Of a stretch of DNA of 64,000 nucleotides, positions 44,946-58,429 are shown in pieces. The notes beneath the pieces are model-generated. The model was not told where the DNA came from, ran no database searches, and worked only from the letters and a program-made list of their open reading frames with translations. Every line of letters starts with the position of its first letter. Position 1 is the first letter of the stretch. This stretch comes from the human T2T-CHM13v2.0 reference genome, Homo sapiens, in the NCBI RefSeq assembly GCF_009914755.1, contig NC_060928.1; one strand, written 5' to 3'. The translations under genes were made by a program, and so were the position numbers.

Positions 44946-45410
44946 TATGTTGTTTCACAGTGCGTTGATTGTTCCAACGTGACCTGGGTTTTGAATCATT
45001 GAGAACTTCTTCAGTGCAGAACTGTGCTTCTTGGGTGAGACAAGGAGAATTCCACACAGATGTGGAGGCCCTGGCAGAAGGTGGAAATATTACACGTGTG
45101 TAATTTATTTATTTATGTATTTATTGATTGATTGTAGTAAGGACATTTAACATGAGGGCTGCCCTTTTAATGAATTTTAAGTGTTTAACACAGTGTTCTT
45201 AACTCTAGGCATGAGGCTGTACGGAAGATCTCCAGAACTTATTTCATCTTGCATAGCTGAAACTTTATACCCAATGAATAGCCACCTCCAACCCTCATTA
45301 CTTGTTACTTCTCACATGGATCAACTAGAAGAAATTCAGGCAATAGATAACAAAGATAAAATTAATGAATTTGGGGGATAATTGGTGGACTTCAAATGTC
45401 CTTGCCAATG

Positions 45411-45987
45411 TGTATTAGTCCATTTTCACACTCCTATAAAGAACTACCTGAATTATCAGGCACGATGGTGGGTGCCTATAATCCCAGCTACTCAGGAGGC
45501 TGAGGTGAGAGAATCACTTTAACCTGGGAGGTGGAGGTTGCAGTGAGCCAAGATTGTGCCATTGCACTCCAGCCTGGGTGACAGAGCGAGACTCTGTCTC
45601 AACAACAATAACAAAAAAAAGAACTACCTGTGACTGGGTAATTTAAGAAAAAAAAGAGGTTTAATTGACTCATGGTTTTGCAGGCTTAACAGGAAGCATA
45701 AGTGGAAGGCCTCAGGAAACTTACAATCATGGTGGAAAGTGAGAGGAAGCACACATGTCTTACCCTGGCAAAACAGGAGAGAGAGAGAGAGAGAGAGAGC
45801 TTGAAGGGGGAAGTACCCACGTGTTTAAACCATCAAATCTCATGAGAACTCACTCATTATCATGAGAACAGCAAGAGGGAAGTCCGCCCCCATGATCCAA
45901 TTACCTCCCACCAGACCCCTCCTCCAACACATGAGGATTATAATTCAAGGTGAGATTTGGGTGGGGACACAGAGCCAAACCATATCA
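45411..45987 (-). mobile_element. MST/THE1-family solo LTR interrupted by an Alu right-arm insertion (about 45455-45620)
   Basis: tgtattagtccatttt ... ccaaaccatatca termini; Alu TSD aaagaactacctg. Confidence 0.9.
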
Positions 45988-46378
45988 CAATGTCACCATC
46001 ATAGCACTGTCAATAATTGTGAACTGCTCATGTACCACGCGTGACAAGAAGCCCTTGGAGTTCCTGCTTTTAAATAAATGGAAAATTACAGCACCATGTC
46101 TCTGCCACCCACTACACATTCCCAATCTGTCTCTAATTACACTAGCCATTGGGTCTGCTACCTGCTACCATAATAAAATCTTCATTATCTCAAAAGTCTA
46201 ATGTTGATGATTGTCTTAAAGTATGGTTTTGGAATGCTGAGAAAATGGTGGTACTGTGATTTTTGGATCTTCCTGAATTCCCCACAAAAAAAAACCAGAA
46301 GGTGAATTTTATGGTATATGAATTACTTCTCAATAAAGCTGTTGGAAAAAATACATATATATATATATATATTTACAT

Positions 46379-46606
46379 GGCTGGGCACAGTGGCTCACAC
46401 CTTTGATCTCAGTGCTGGGAGGAAGAACAGCCTGGGCAACATAGCAATACCTTGTCTCTACAAAAAAATTTTTTTAAAGTAGCTAAGCATAGTGGCTCAC
46501 ATTTGTAGTCTCAGCTAGCTGAGAGGCTGAGACTGGAGGATTGCTTGAGCCCAGGAATTTGAGTCTACTGCAGCCTGGGCAAAAGAGTGAGATCCTGTAT
46601 TAAAAA
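46379..46606 (+). mobile_element. Degenerate, internally deleted Alu
   Basis: ggctgggcacagtggctca start; both arms partly deleted. Confidence 0.8.
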
Positions 46607-47679
46607 TACATCTATATTTCACATATATGTATATATGTGTATATATGTGAATATACATATATATATATATGTGAAATATATATGTATATATATGTGAAAG
46701 CTCAGGATCCTAAACTATAAGGAAAAAAACCAGACCAACTAGATCATAAAACCAAAAACTCATGGACAACATGTATGACAAAGCCAGAGGATAAAGTGAA
46801 CCTAGAAACCCTAAAATATTAGCCACAAGACTGTGCCTTTCTGGCATCTGTATAAGAGAAAACAGGCAAGGAATGAGGTTGAATTGGATGGGTTTGAGAA
46901 TAGAAGGACCCCAAAATAGATGAAAGTAGAAATTACACTAGATCAATTTGATAACAACTGCTGAAACTGTCAAGTGTTTGCCTACCCGGTTGCTGGTGAT
47001 GTAGGAGGCCCATGGTGAGGCTTAAATGACTGGAGCAGCATATCCCTTGTGAGCTCTTTAAACTGATGTCCCAGGCTCTCTTCTAAGGTAGAGACCCACA
47101 CCAGAGAGATGAGAAGAAAAGATTCAGGCAAAGGTGGGTGGGTTGAGAGCACTGAGCCAGGACATTTTAGAGAGCAAGCTGCTATGCGTGTGTATATAAC
47201 AAGGACCAATTTGTTGCTTTGAAAACTGGGTTGATAAAAGAGAAAAATCAAGCATTTATCTGCTTTTCTTCTGTGAACTGTACTACTAAACAAATATCTC
47301 CTTATAAAATTATTATAGCTAACAAATAGAAACAAAATGATACAGTTAGAATGTCAGTTTTACAGCTCCTAATGAATTAACAGATCCAAACAATGAATAT
47401 CAATGGCTTCTTACATCAAAATGGAGGGAAACCAGACATTTTGTACCTCTTGATGAAAGAACACAACACCATCTAGAGTTTTAACAAACTGAATCTGATC
47501 TGGTTTCTGGAACCAGTTGCCAATTTGCAGGAAATACCAAGGTTGGAGGAACATATTGAACCACACCAAGGGTATGCAGTCAGCAAAATCCAGCCTGTGG
47601 GAAACTCTACAGATCAAATAGCTAGAGATTTTTTTCAACAGATAAATTACAAGGGAAATAAAAGCAGCCTCCAGATTGG

Positions 47680-48790
47680 AAGAAAACATTTGTGCACCAT
47701 ATATCTGATAAGGGGTTAATATCCAAATGATGTAAGAAACTCATACAACTCAATAGCAAAAAAACCAAATCACCCAGTTATAAAATAGGCAAAGGACTTG
47801 ACTAAACATTTTCTAAAAAGAAGACGTAACAAATGGCCAATATGCATATGAAAAGATGTTTAGCATCACTAATCATTGAGGAAATGCAAATCAAAACCAC
47901 AGAGATATCATCTTACACCTGTTAGGATGGCTAATATCAAAAAGACAAGAAATAAGAGTTGGGGGGGATGTGGAGAAAAGGAAACTCTTGTATATTGTTG
48001 ATAAGAATGCAGATTGGTGCAATCATTATGGAAACACTATGGAGGTTCCTAAAGAAATTAAAAATAGAACTACCATATGACCCAGCAATCCTTCTCTGTA
48101 TATACCCAAAGGAAAGGAATCACCACCTTGTAAAAATATCTGCACTTCCATATTTATTTACAGCATTATTCACAATAGCCAAGATATGGAACAAAGTGCC
48201 CATCAATGGACACATGGATAAAGAAATTGTATTTATATATACAATGGAATATTTTTCAGCCTTAAAAATGAAGAAGATCCTGCCATTTACAACAATATAG
48301 ATGAAACTATGAGAACATTATGCTAAGTGAAACAAGCCAGACACAGAAAGAGATAAATACTACATGATCTTATATGTGAAACAGACAAAAGTGAATCGAA
48401 TACATAGAAACAGGGAGTAGAAAGGTGGTTACCAGGTCAGGGAGGAGAGAAGAGGGGGGCAATGGAGAGGTGTTGGCAAAAGGTATAAAGTTGCAATTAT
48501 GAAGGATGAATAAGTCTAGAGATAATATACAACGTGAGAACTATAGTCAAGAATATTGTATTGTATACTAGTAATTTGCCAAAAGCGTAGTAGATTTTAG
48601 CTACTCTTACCACAAAAAAAAAAAAAAAAAGAAAGAAAAAGGAAAGAAAAGAAAAAAGGAGAAAGGTAACTATATGAGGTGCTTGGTATGTTAACTTCCT
48701 TGACTATTGTGATCACGATGTATATGTATATCAAGATAAGTATATCAAAACATCATGTTCTACACTTTACACAGTAAAAATAATAATCAA
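47680..48790 (+). mobile_element. L1MA/L1MB 3' end
   Basis: Degenerate ORF2 C-terminus (ORF 47959-48300) and L1M 3'UTR. Confidence 0.9.
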
Positions 48791-48937
48791 AACAAGGTTG
48801 GAAGATAACACGTAGATTAAAAGAAATGGAAAATGTATCTCAAATGTTAAAGAATGGGCAGGAATTAACTACAGTGTCTCAGGATGCACACTTGGGTGAT
48901 AAAACCATAAAGAATTGCAAGGACATGATTACTTTTA

Positions 48938-49030
48938 TTATTATTGAATCACAAAGTTTTAATATAAGATATTAAAAATAATAAAGCCTATTTGGTAACA
49001 TAGCATTCACTATTCAAGCAAAATATTATT
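48938..49030 (-). other. 93-bp TSD-flanked orphan retro-insertion
   Basis: 18-bp direct repeat aggacatgattactttta at 48920-48937 and 49031-49048. On the minus strand ATTAAA lies 12 nt before an AAT-rich tail. Confidence 0.65.
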
Positions 49031-49175
49031 AGGACATGATTACTTTTAGTCTTAGGATAGTAGTTACTTCTGGAAAGAGGGAGGAGCCTGTGACTGGAAT
49101 GAGGCACAGAGAAGAGCTGCTGGTGGCAAAGTTCTGTTTCTTGACTTTGGTGGTTACAGGATGTTACCCTGATAA

Positions 49176-49792
49176 TGTTACTGGTGGAGGGTGCCCAGGT
49201 TCTTGGCACTTTGAACACAGAATTGGGCAAAATGCACAAGCAAAGCAAGGAAAGAATGAAACAACAAAAACAGAGATTTATTGAAAATGAAAGCACATTC
49301 CACAGGGTGGGAGTGGGCTGGGCCGGTTACAGAATTTTCTGGGGTTTAAATGTCCTCTAGATGTTTCCCATTAGTTATGTGGTATACATCCTATGTAAAT
49401 AAGGTAGTGGACTGTTATCAGTCTGATTGGCTGTGGGAAGGGACCAATCAGAGGCTGAAGTGAAGTTACAAAGTTACACCCTATGCAAATGTCTGATTGG
49501 TTGCGGAAGGTGACCTATCAGAGGCTGAAGTGAAGTTACAACGTTATACTCCTATGCAAATGAAGACTTGGCCTGTGACCAGCCCGTTTGGTTGCAGAAG
49601 GGGACCAATCAAAGGTACTTTTAATTTTTCGTCTGCCATCCAGAAAAAAGCAGGGGGCTTGCAAAGGGAGTAGCCTCTGGTCTTTTGTTACTTGGGCATG
49701 GAAAGTTGGGGTTTTCCTTTTGACTGAGTTATAGGAAGTCAGTGTGAATTGACCTTAGGTTCCCTCCCTCCAGACCCTATTCTCCTGCCTCA
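49176..49792 (-). mobile_element. MER51-type ERV1 solo LTR
   Basis: Minus strand begins TGAGGCAGGAGAATAGGGTCTGGAGG; TG...CA termini; 4-bp TSD ataa. Confidence 0.88.
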
Positions 49793-51128
49793 ATAATAAT
49801 TCACTAAGCCAGACTTTCGTTTAGTGACGGTTTTCTGTTATCTGTATTTTATTGTAGATTTCTAAAGATTTTTTTAAGTTTTTTTTAAAAGATGTATTTT
49901 AAAAACCGTGTTTTAGTCGTAAGCTTCTCTGACATTCTGATCAAAGTCCTTACCAGAAAACTGTATCAACATCTGATTATTTCTTGTGGTGTTGAGGGAT
50001 CCGTAGACACCTCCAACCCCTGCCTCCCCAGCTCCACTCCACTGGGAACCATGAACTCCAGATGGAGAATTCCTGTTTAAAAGATATTTTACTCAGGGAG
50101 GGATAAGGTGAATTCAAACAAAATTCAATATTAATCAGTAGTGAATGAAATTAATAAAACTTGCCATGAGCTGAAATGTTCTCTGTTCTCACATAAAGAA
50201 GAGATTCTTAAATTGGAGTCTGTGATTGAACTTCAAGGAGCCTGAGAATCCCCTGAAATGTTATGAGACTTGTTTTCTGTGTATGAGCACATTTTTCTAG
50301 GGAAAGGGTACAAAGCTTTCATTAACTATCAAAGGGGTCTGTGATCCCAAAGTTCAGGAACCCTCAAAACCCAGGAGGAGCTGAACAAGCTCCTGAGCTG
50401 TGATGTTCCTTTGTGCAACTGAACCACTGTAGTGCAGGAGGTGCTTCTTTGTGACTTTGGCTAAGTGAGGAGAAGGTCTGGCTGTCTGGACTCCAGTGAT
50501 CTTTCTTGTGCCCTCACCTCCATCATGTCCCCAGTGCCAGAATCAGGCTATGAAGCAGCAGAGGGTCCCTGAGTTTCCAGACAGGTCTTTGCTCACCAGC
50601 TTATGCCTATATCTGGACAAACAGAGGTATGTTTCTTTCCTTTCAATCTCAGATTAGTGAGTTACTGGGTTTCCCAAATGTCAGTTATCATAGACCACCT
50701 CCCCAAACTGGCAGATCTGCCATCACTGCTACTATTATTTCCTTACTGTTTGCCTCTTTAAATAAAGTTAAATTTAAAAAATAGCGTTAATGTGTGTGGG
50801 TTTAACCCTCCCACTTTTTCACTCAAGTTTATTTAAAAACTTTAACATTTATTTTATATATTCAGGGGGCACAAGTGCAGATTTCTTACATGTATATATT
50901 GTGTAGGGGTCAAGTCCGAGCTTTTAGTGTACCCAATACCCAAATCTTAAGTTTATTTAGAGGAAAATGCCTGTGAATTGGGCTCATAGTGCTAATTAAA
51001 TTTTCATCCCTAGCGTGAGACCATCAGAACTTGCTCCAGAATCACCTGGGCAGCACTGACTCAGAAGCTCCTAGGGAGGAAAGCGCTTTAATGAGCTTCA
51101 CAGGTGATTCTCACTCAAAGTAGTTTGA

Positions 51129-51423
51129 GCCTGAGCGCGGTGGCTCATACCTGTAATCCCAGCATTTTGGGAGGCTGAGTTGGGTGGATTGCTTGAGCCC
51201 AGGAGTTCTAGACCAGCCTAAGCAACATGACGAAATCTCATCTCTGCAAAAAATACAAAATTAACCGAGCATGGTGGTGTGTGCCTGTGGTCCCAGCTAC
51301 TCAGGAGGCTGAGGTGGAAAGATTGCTTGAGCCTGGGAGTTCAAGGCTGCAGTGAGCTGAGATTGTGCCACTGCACTCCAGCTTGGGTGGCAGAGTGAGA
51401 CCCTGTCTTTAAAAAAAAAAAAA
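51129..51423 (+). mobile_element. Alu (AluJ-like) inserted in a MER5-like element
   Basis: Dimeric Alu with A-tail. Confidence 0.93.
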
Positions 51424-51789
51424 TTAATAAAGTTTGAGAACTACTGCACGACTGAAGAAGTTTTCTTCCACATACCAGCTAGTGATGGGCTGTGCTCATT
51501 ACACTTTGGGAAACACTAGATTTAGAGCTTAGAATGCATGAGCTTTTAATAAGGAGGCTTGTATTTAATTCCTGGCTCTTACATTTTCCAATGCTGTAAA
51601 GATAGCCAAATTACCTAAGCCAAGTCTCTATTCCTTCACCTGTAAAATGGGTATAAGAAAACCTACCTCACAGGATTCTTGTTAGATTGTTATGTTAGAT
51701 AAGGTATGGGCCCAGAGAACACACTCTATATCCTCTTCCCAGGCCTTTTTATATTCTGAGTTTTAATCTAGCCTCAGCATGTAATTATT

Positions 51790-52231
51790 ACATAACTTGA
51801 GTCAAATCATTCAACTTATTTGAAAAGTACCGTATTTTTGATCTATTAAATAGTGATAATCTTTGATGATATTTCCTACTAATCTTGGAAATTAAGGGCA
51901 AACAAGCTCTTAGTAATTTCGTAAACTGATGATCAATGAGAAATGCACAGCTCTGCTGGGAGCAATATGAACTTTGGCATAAGGGTGCATCTTGTCTCCA
52001 CAGGGCTTCATGAATGCTCAAGCAGCAACTTCTTCACTTCTACCTGACAATGAAAGCATGCTTCACAAAACTCACATTGAAAACAGCCATTTTTTTCCCC
52101 TACCTCTGACTTGCTGTCATACACGATTTGCCTTTTTGTCACCTGAACACACAAAGCTTTGTTAAAACATTCAAAATAAATTGGCCAATTGTATGGACAC
52201 TTCAGATCAAGAAACATCAAACACTAAATAG
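51790..52231 (+). pseudogene. Pseudo-exon(s), RGS-like box
   Basis: One frame reads FEKYRIFDLLNSDNL**YFLLILEIKGKQALSNF...KACFTKLTLKTAIFFPYL*. Donor ATAG|gtagtt. Confidence 0.55.
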
Positions 52232-52620
52232 GTAGTTCATTGGGCTAATAATTTTTTGAGTCATCCTGAATACATATCTGCTTTACATATCAATGACATT
52301 TGGAGAACAAAGGGTTAAAAATGTAAGTGAGGGTGGCTACATGTCACTCAAAGTTCAGGTATGCTCACTTCCTGTCATCCAAAGGCCAAGCTTACTTCAT
52401 TCTGAGTTTTGTTAGTTGTAAGTCATTTATAGGGTCATTTTAGGGAAAAGGAATTGATGACTACATATTAGGGACCTGAATCAATTACTGGTCATACACC
52501 TATGGCTGTCTGCTTTTCAAGAGGATGGAAATCATTTAGATCTTGGGCCAAGCATAACATTTCTTTTATTGCTCCTTTGAAGCGAAACTTAATTGTTTGT
52601 GTATTTTTTTTTAAATACAG

Positions 52621-52853
52621 GACCTCAAAGAGGAAATCTCACATTAAGTGAAACATGAGACTGTTGGCTATTAATCATAATATGTAGGTGTCCAGATGAT
52701 GGCTTATGAATCTGGGCTGGGTATATGGGTTGGTGGGAAAACCCTGCTGAAAATCTGTTATGTCATTGCTAATTTCAGTGGAAGATTGAATTTATGTTGA
52801 TAAGAAACAGATAATTGAAGGATAACTCTTTTGCTATACATGTTGCTTAAAGC
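52621..52853 (+). pseudogene. Pseudo-exon, start of an RGS-like box
   Basis: Acceptor tttttttttaaatacag|. Reads LTLSET*DCWLLIIICRCPDDGL*IWAGYMGWWENPAENLL, then LISVED in a shifted frame. Confidence 0.5.
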
Positions 52854-52996
52854 GTGTACTGGATAATTCACTTGTCTTTGGAGCTTAAATTAAAATATGC
52901 ATCAGTACTCACTTATAAACACTGATTATTGTGATGGTTCTCTTTCTGGACCACCTTCTTATTCTACTGTTCATATGAATGTTCCCTTTCTACCAG

Positions 52997-53226
52997 GGAA
53001 AGATAAAAAACAAAAACAAACAAAAAACAACACCTATAATGTGACAAAAACACAGTGAATTTAGAGATTGGTGAATAGGCACACTCAACCACAGCTGACT
53101 ACTACTTACCTGGATGGAAAATTTAAACTTAACCATTTATTAGTGTACAAACCAAGAATTGGGAGCATAATTTTGGTGGTGTTATAAATTCTAAAACAAC
53201 ACAAGATGTAATCAATCAGCTGCAAG
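52997..53226 (+). pseudogene. Pseudo-exon, middle of an RGS-like box
   Basis: Acceptor gttccctttctaccag| and consensus donor CAAG|gtaagt. Ends PFISVQTKNWEHNFGGVINSKTTQDVINQLQ. Confidence 0.55.
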
Positions 53227-53352
53227 GTAAGTTCAAACATGGACTAAGCAGATACCTACTGGTAAGGCTATATGTTCCAAGGTGGTCTACTAGGGTGAAA
53301 CTTTAGGGGTCTCTACAATTATCTAGCTGGAATACCACTTCCTGTCCTGCAG

Positions 53353-53491
53353 TGATTGTTCCATTCTCACAGTTTGGAGCTAGCTGGTGTAAAAACATCT
53401 TTAACTGGGCAGAGAGGATCTGGATTAGAGATCCACCAAGCTACAATTTAAGTCACCAGGGGAGCATTTCAATTTGCCAAAGTGTCTACTG
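53353..53491 (+). pseudogene. Pseudo-exon, end of an RGS-like box
   Basis: Acceptor cttcctgtcctgcag|. In frame with 53226: VIVPFSQFGASWCKNIFNWAERIWIRDPP. Confidence 0.55.
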
Positions 53492-54375
53492 GTATACTTT
53501 GTTCCTTCCCCTAATGCATTTATATGGAGAAACAATCTGGGCTGGGTTTGAATTTTCTAGCATAGTAAGACATCTCAGGCTTACTCACAACCCTAGCTAA
53601 ATGTTGGAGGTAGTAATGGAGTACTATGCAGGCTGGAGTACTCTCATAGTCCGAAATTCAACTGATTTTAAACTGGAAGCAGGAATTCACACATGCAAAA
53701 ATCACTCAAGAGCTTGCTAAAAAGGGAGATTCTAAAATGCAACTCCTATATATTCTAGTTTAGTAGATTTGGAGTGAAACCCACATTTCTTTATTTTAAC
53801 AAGCATTCCAGGTGATTCTGGTACAGATGACTTCTGGTCCAGTTTTTAAGAAACACTACTGTAAGGAATCGCTTACAGTGCTTGTCTTACAGTCTATCCC
53901 CTGAAGATACTGCCACACATATGGTAGGCCGAAAAAAACAAAAAAGGGAGAACATAACAACCCATTTATAAATGATTCCTTAAAATGCCTGAAAATATCT
54001 AAGTACTTTCTAGAGAAGGATAAGTTGCAGAACCAGCAAGAATGACCATCAATTTCTGTTTCGTCCCCAGTGAAAATTATCTAGAATTGTGAGAAATAAT
54101 TTCCCATATCCTTTGAAACCAAACTTTGGAAATCTACCCTTCCTTCATCAGAACCCATGCCTCCACTCCTAAAATCCTTACCCAGGGAAGTTTTGCTAAG
54201 TGCTTGACATCATGGAAGACTAAACCACAGGCTTGTTTCGAGGTCCTTGCAAAAGAAAAGCAATTCACCTCGAGTTAGATCCCCACAATTCCATTCCTGT
54301 GTTAATCTGAACAGATGAGAAAAGATTCCAAGAACTTTTGGTAATAGAATATTCCCCCCTCCCTTATCTTTTTAA

Positions 54376-54682
<307 letters not shown>

Positions 54683-55399
54683 CTCCCCTATCTTTTAAGG
54701 TTCATTTTTTTACGAGTTGCAGGATAGAGTGATCTTTGGCGAGTCCACCTATAGTTTACTCGCTCTTCTGGTTGGTTCAAAATCTCCTTAGGATGACTAT
54801 GGAATTAAACAATCTATTTCAGTAAATTAATTACAATAAGGAATAGCTGTTAATCTTAGAGCACGTGGTTCTCCTTTGAAATTTTTAAAAATTCTAAGTA
54901 GTAGGAAAGCATGTGAAATAAAAAAAAAAAGCTGCTTCTAGAGAGATCCTTCACCAGACAAGGTAAGACACTGAATGCACTCTTTTAACTATTTTTTATT
55001 CCCTTGCCTTAGTGCTTGGGTGAAATAGTGGAATAGGCCACCCTATGAATCTAAAGACAGAAAGAAGGCTTTGCTGATGGTTCTACAAGAGAGTTGCAGC
55101 TGCTCTATTTTTTGTTAAATTAGTGTTTTTAACTAATTTAAAAACTGGTCTGAGATAAGACTAGAGATTCTGCAGTTCTATCAAGCCCCCAGGTGATGTC
55201 TATGCTGCTGATTTGGAGACCACACTTTGAGCAACAAGGTGCTGAACAACACGGGTGAAAAACAGAGACAAGGGTTTATGAATGTTGTATTTATGGCACT
55301 TCTTTTAGGTCTGAAGTGTAGTCCCTCTGGTTAAACAACAAAAGTCTCTGTTTTAGTTTGACTACCAAGCACTTTACAGTTGTGTGTATTTATTTCATA

Positions 55400-55588
55400 A
55401 CTTTTGAGGGATTTCACTGATGTAACCATTGTGGCACTACTAAATAACATCAAGACATGCCTTCAGCTTGCGCCATGCCACAATCTGCTATCCTACAACA
55501 AAATGCTAGTCCAGACAAATTTCAAATGGTCACATATACATTTTCACAGATTTCCATGACATGTGAAATGTGCCTAACAACGACAGAA
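55400..55588 (+). pseudogene. Candidate pseudo-exon
   Basis: Consensus donor GAA|gtaagt; frame DFTDVTIVALLNNIKTCLQ resembles an RGS-box start. Confidence 0.3.
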
Positions 55589-57212
55589 GTAAGTGTGCCA
55601 AGACTCACATTTCTCAGAACTTTTGGTAAAGGTTAGTATGGTTACTACTCTTCAAACAATTTCCCTTAACTGAATTCTCTTTGATATCTGGGGTCTCAGA
55701 AAGAGTTTGACTCATTCAGCTTTCTCACAATTAATGTAATGCACAAAAACCAAACAGATATAAGTGTCCTAATCACAATGTTTTGCTCTCCTTCCCTTCT
55801 ATATTGTGTATTACGCTGTAAGCTCTTTGGCCAAAACCTAAGAGGAGCAGAGACCCTGACTCATGGTGAAGCTGCTGGTTCACAGGTAAACAGCATGTTT
55901 GCTAGGATGAGCTCATGTGATTTGCAGACCCTCCATACACTTAATGGAGAGCTTGGTATTATTACGATGTTGGAGGATGAGTTGACATCTTTGATTTGTG
56001 TTCAAATCTGTTCTCTCAGGAATTTAAAATAGTCTAATTTTATTTTTTTATGAAACTGCCCAAGCTAAAGAAAGGTACACAAGAGGAAGAAGTGGAAATG
56101 CTTCTGGGCGAGGTTTGGAAGAATTTTAGTGAGACTTAACTACTTTTCTTATTTTAAGAGAAAAGTGGGAGCAGGGAGGAGATCCACAGGAAAGTAACCA
56201 AATGACCATGGAGATGGAAATGGGTTCTTTAAGAAAAAGCTGATGGGGATGGAATTGTTTTACCTGTAAAGGTAGAGATGAAGGAGTCACTTAATTCTCA
56301 TTTTTAGAAATATGGGAGGTCATTATGAGGCAAAGAGATCCAGTTATTCTCTTTCTTCACAAGGAAAATCTTTACAAGTGAAGATTTGACAGATAACTTC
56401 TCTTAAGTGCTTTCAAGAGCTTCCATTTCATTTCTTTTAAAAGTTAAATAGTACAGTGATAACAGGGCCTTTTTATGGTAAAACTCATTGTGTGAAATCT
56501 GCATTCATGTATAGAATCATTGGGCTATTTATATGTGCTAATAGTGATATTTTCTAATCTTTGCAAGTAGAATTTAGTTTCACCATAGTTGAAATTGTGA
56601 ACTGCTCACACTATGCTTTATCATTTGTTCTCTCTTCTTTTGAAGTTCTTTATTAGCTATGCCCTCCACCATAGGCTAACCACCTAAGACTAATAAGTAT
56701 AAATTATAGTGGTGCCAGCTTGTCTTACCTTTGTTAAATATGTGCCAACTGTTTCACAATGAACCTTTACTTTCCCTTTTATGACTGGCTGTAAAAAAAC
56801 CTGTGCTTAGAGCCAAGGAATGGACATGGCTTACATTTTTTTGTCCACAATCTTGAAAGTCCCAACCAAAGCCAATTTTTTACTCTCCAGGGCATTTTAC
56901 TCTTCATGGCATTTTCCCATTTTTTGATGTTCATCCTTTACTCTCTCTCTCTTTAAAAACAAAAGCAGCAGAAAGGTATTCTCTCACAGTTCTGGAAGCT
57001 AAAGTTCAAAATTAACATGTCAGCAGAGCCACGTTCCTTCTGCTTTACTCTCTTTTTTTCTCCTTTACTCTTTGTTTTTCTTCTGAAAGAAGACGGGAAG
57101 AAAAACAACAAGAAAGTGAGCATTCATCTATCAGTTTTACTCTTCAGTGTTACCTTTGTGTACACATTTGGTGATGGAGGAAACTGATGTTACTATAAAA
57201 ATAGCAATCTAC

Positions 57213-57370
57213 AGCCAGGCATGGTGGTGTGTGCCTGCAGTCCCAGCTACTCAGGAGGCTGAAGCAGGAGGATTGCTTGAGCCCAGGAGTTCAAGGCCAT
57301 CGTGCACTATAGTCATGACACTGCACTCCAGCCTGGGTGACAAAGTAAGACTCTGTCTCTAAAAATAATA
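57213..57370 (+). mobile_element. Alu right-arm monomer (FRAM-like)
   Basis: Single-arm Alu. Confidence 0.85.
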
Positions 57371-57896
57371 TTTTTTAAAAAAGCAATTTATAATTTAATG
57401 TAATATAGACTGCTCTTCCTATCCATTATTACTAGGGAGTAATTGAGAGTTGTTCATCTTTTAATCAGATGGCATAAAATTAGAATCAACCAGGTGAAGA
57501 CCTAATAGTTTTACAGTTAATTATCTTGGGGGGAAGATTGATTTAATTCCCTGTTTACAGCTTTACAAAAAGTATAAAGCATGACTTCGTGGTGGGGTTT
57601 AGAATTAGATAACTCCAGAATATATATGTACTTTTTCATGACCAGAAAGAAAAGTAAAATAAGATCTTAAAAAAAAACTAATTAAAAACCAGAAATATTT
57701 AGACAGGAAAGCCAATAAATGGAGATCCAAAGAGTACCTAAAAATAATCAAATGACAAGTGAGTATTGCGAACGTTTTTGGATTTTGATAAAGAGGCAAA
57801 ATATGAGGAAAGGGAAATAAAATAACATTCTTGGGAAAGGTGATTTCTAGATGTCTTTAGCAAATCAGGATAAATACAATCTCCATTTACTCTCAG

Positions 57897-58070
57897 TAGA
57901 GCTAATGAAGAATCTCCTAGGAATGTTGCATATTGGATCTTCTTGAAGGAAATTGGTTAGGAAACAAAATTTTTGACCTTCAGACATAGAGATCCAGTGT
58001 CCTTGTCATTTCTTAAATCATGGAACAGGTTTTCTGCACCATACATTCCAAGTTATGGTTCTAGCTGACC
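57897..58070 (+). pseudogene. Candidate pseudo-exon, start of an RGS-like box
   Basis: Acceptor ctccatttactctcag|. Reads NVAYWIFLKEIG*ETKFLTF, then DIE after a frameshift. Confidence 0.45.
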
Positions 58071-58216
58071 ATATGATCCAGATTGAGCTGATAAAACTTC
58101 CCTACAGCTATGAGTGTAATGGATCCTAAATAGGGATTTATTATTTTCTTGTAGGAGAGGCATGTAAACAAATAGAGTTATCTAGAAATGTCATATGCAC
58201 CCTTTTAATTGTACAG

Positions 58217-58354
58217 CAAATGGAGAACAAGCCCAACAGTGGATTCTTGACTATAATGCCCACTTCGTCTTCTCTTGTGTTCTCTTGCATAAAGCTTGCA
58301 GTGTGACTCTTCTTTATGTTTATTCTGAGAGGGTGGTTTACATGGAGGTGGAAA
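58217..58354 (+). pseudogene. Candidate pseudo-exon, end of an RGS-like box
   Basis: Acceptor ccttttaattgtacag|; reads EQAQQWILDYNAHFVFSCVL (AQ..I motif). Confidence 0.4.
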
Positions 58355-58429
58355 GTAAAGGACCATTTATTCACATCTATGTAACACAAGCCAAATAGCA
58401 AAGGAGAAAGTGTGTCCTCTCTCATTCAG

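Noticed and set aside
46600-46700. AT-rich quasi-palindrome as a structured element or array
   Set aside because: Ordinary (TA)n-derived microsatellite next to an Alu tail; no spacer structure, and CRISPR is not applicable to this genome.
53110-53190. Minus-strand exon candidate with a CAG|GTAAGT donor
   Set aside because: Isolated, and it overlaps a + strand exon that joins the next exon in frame.
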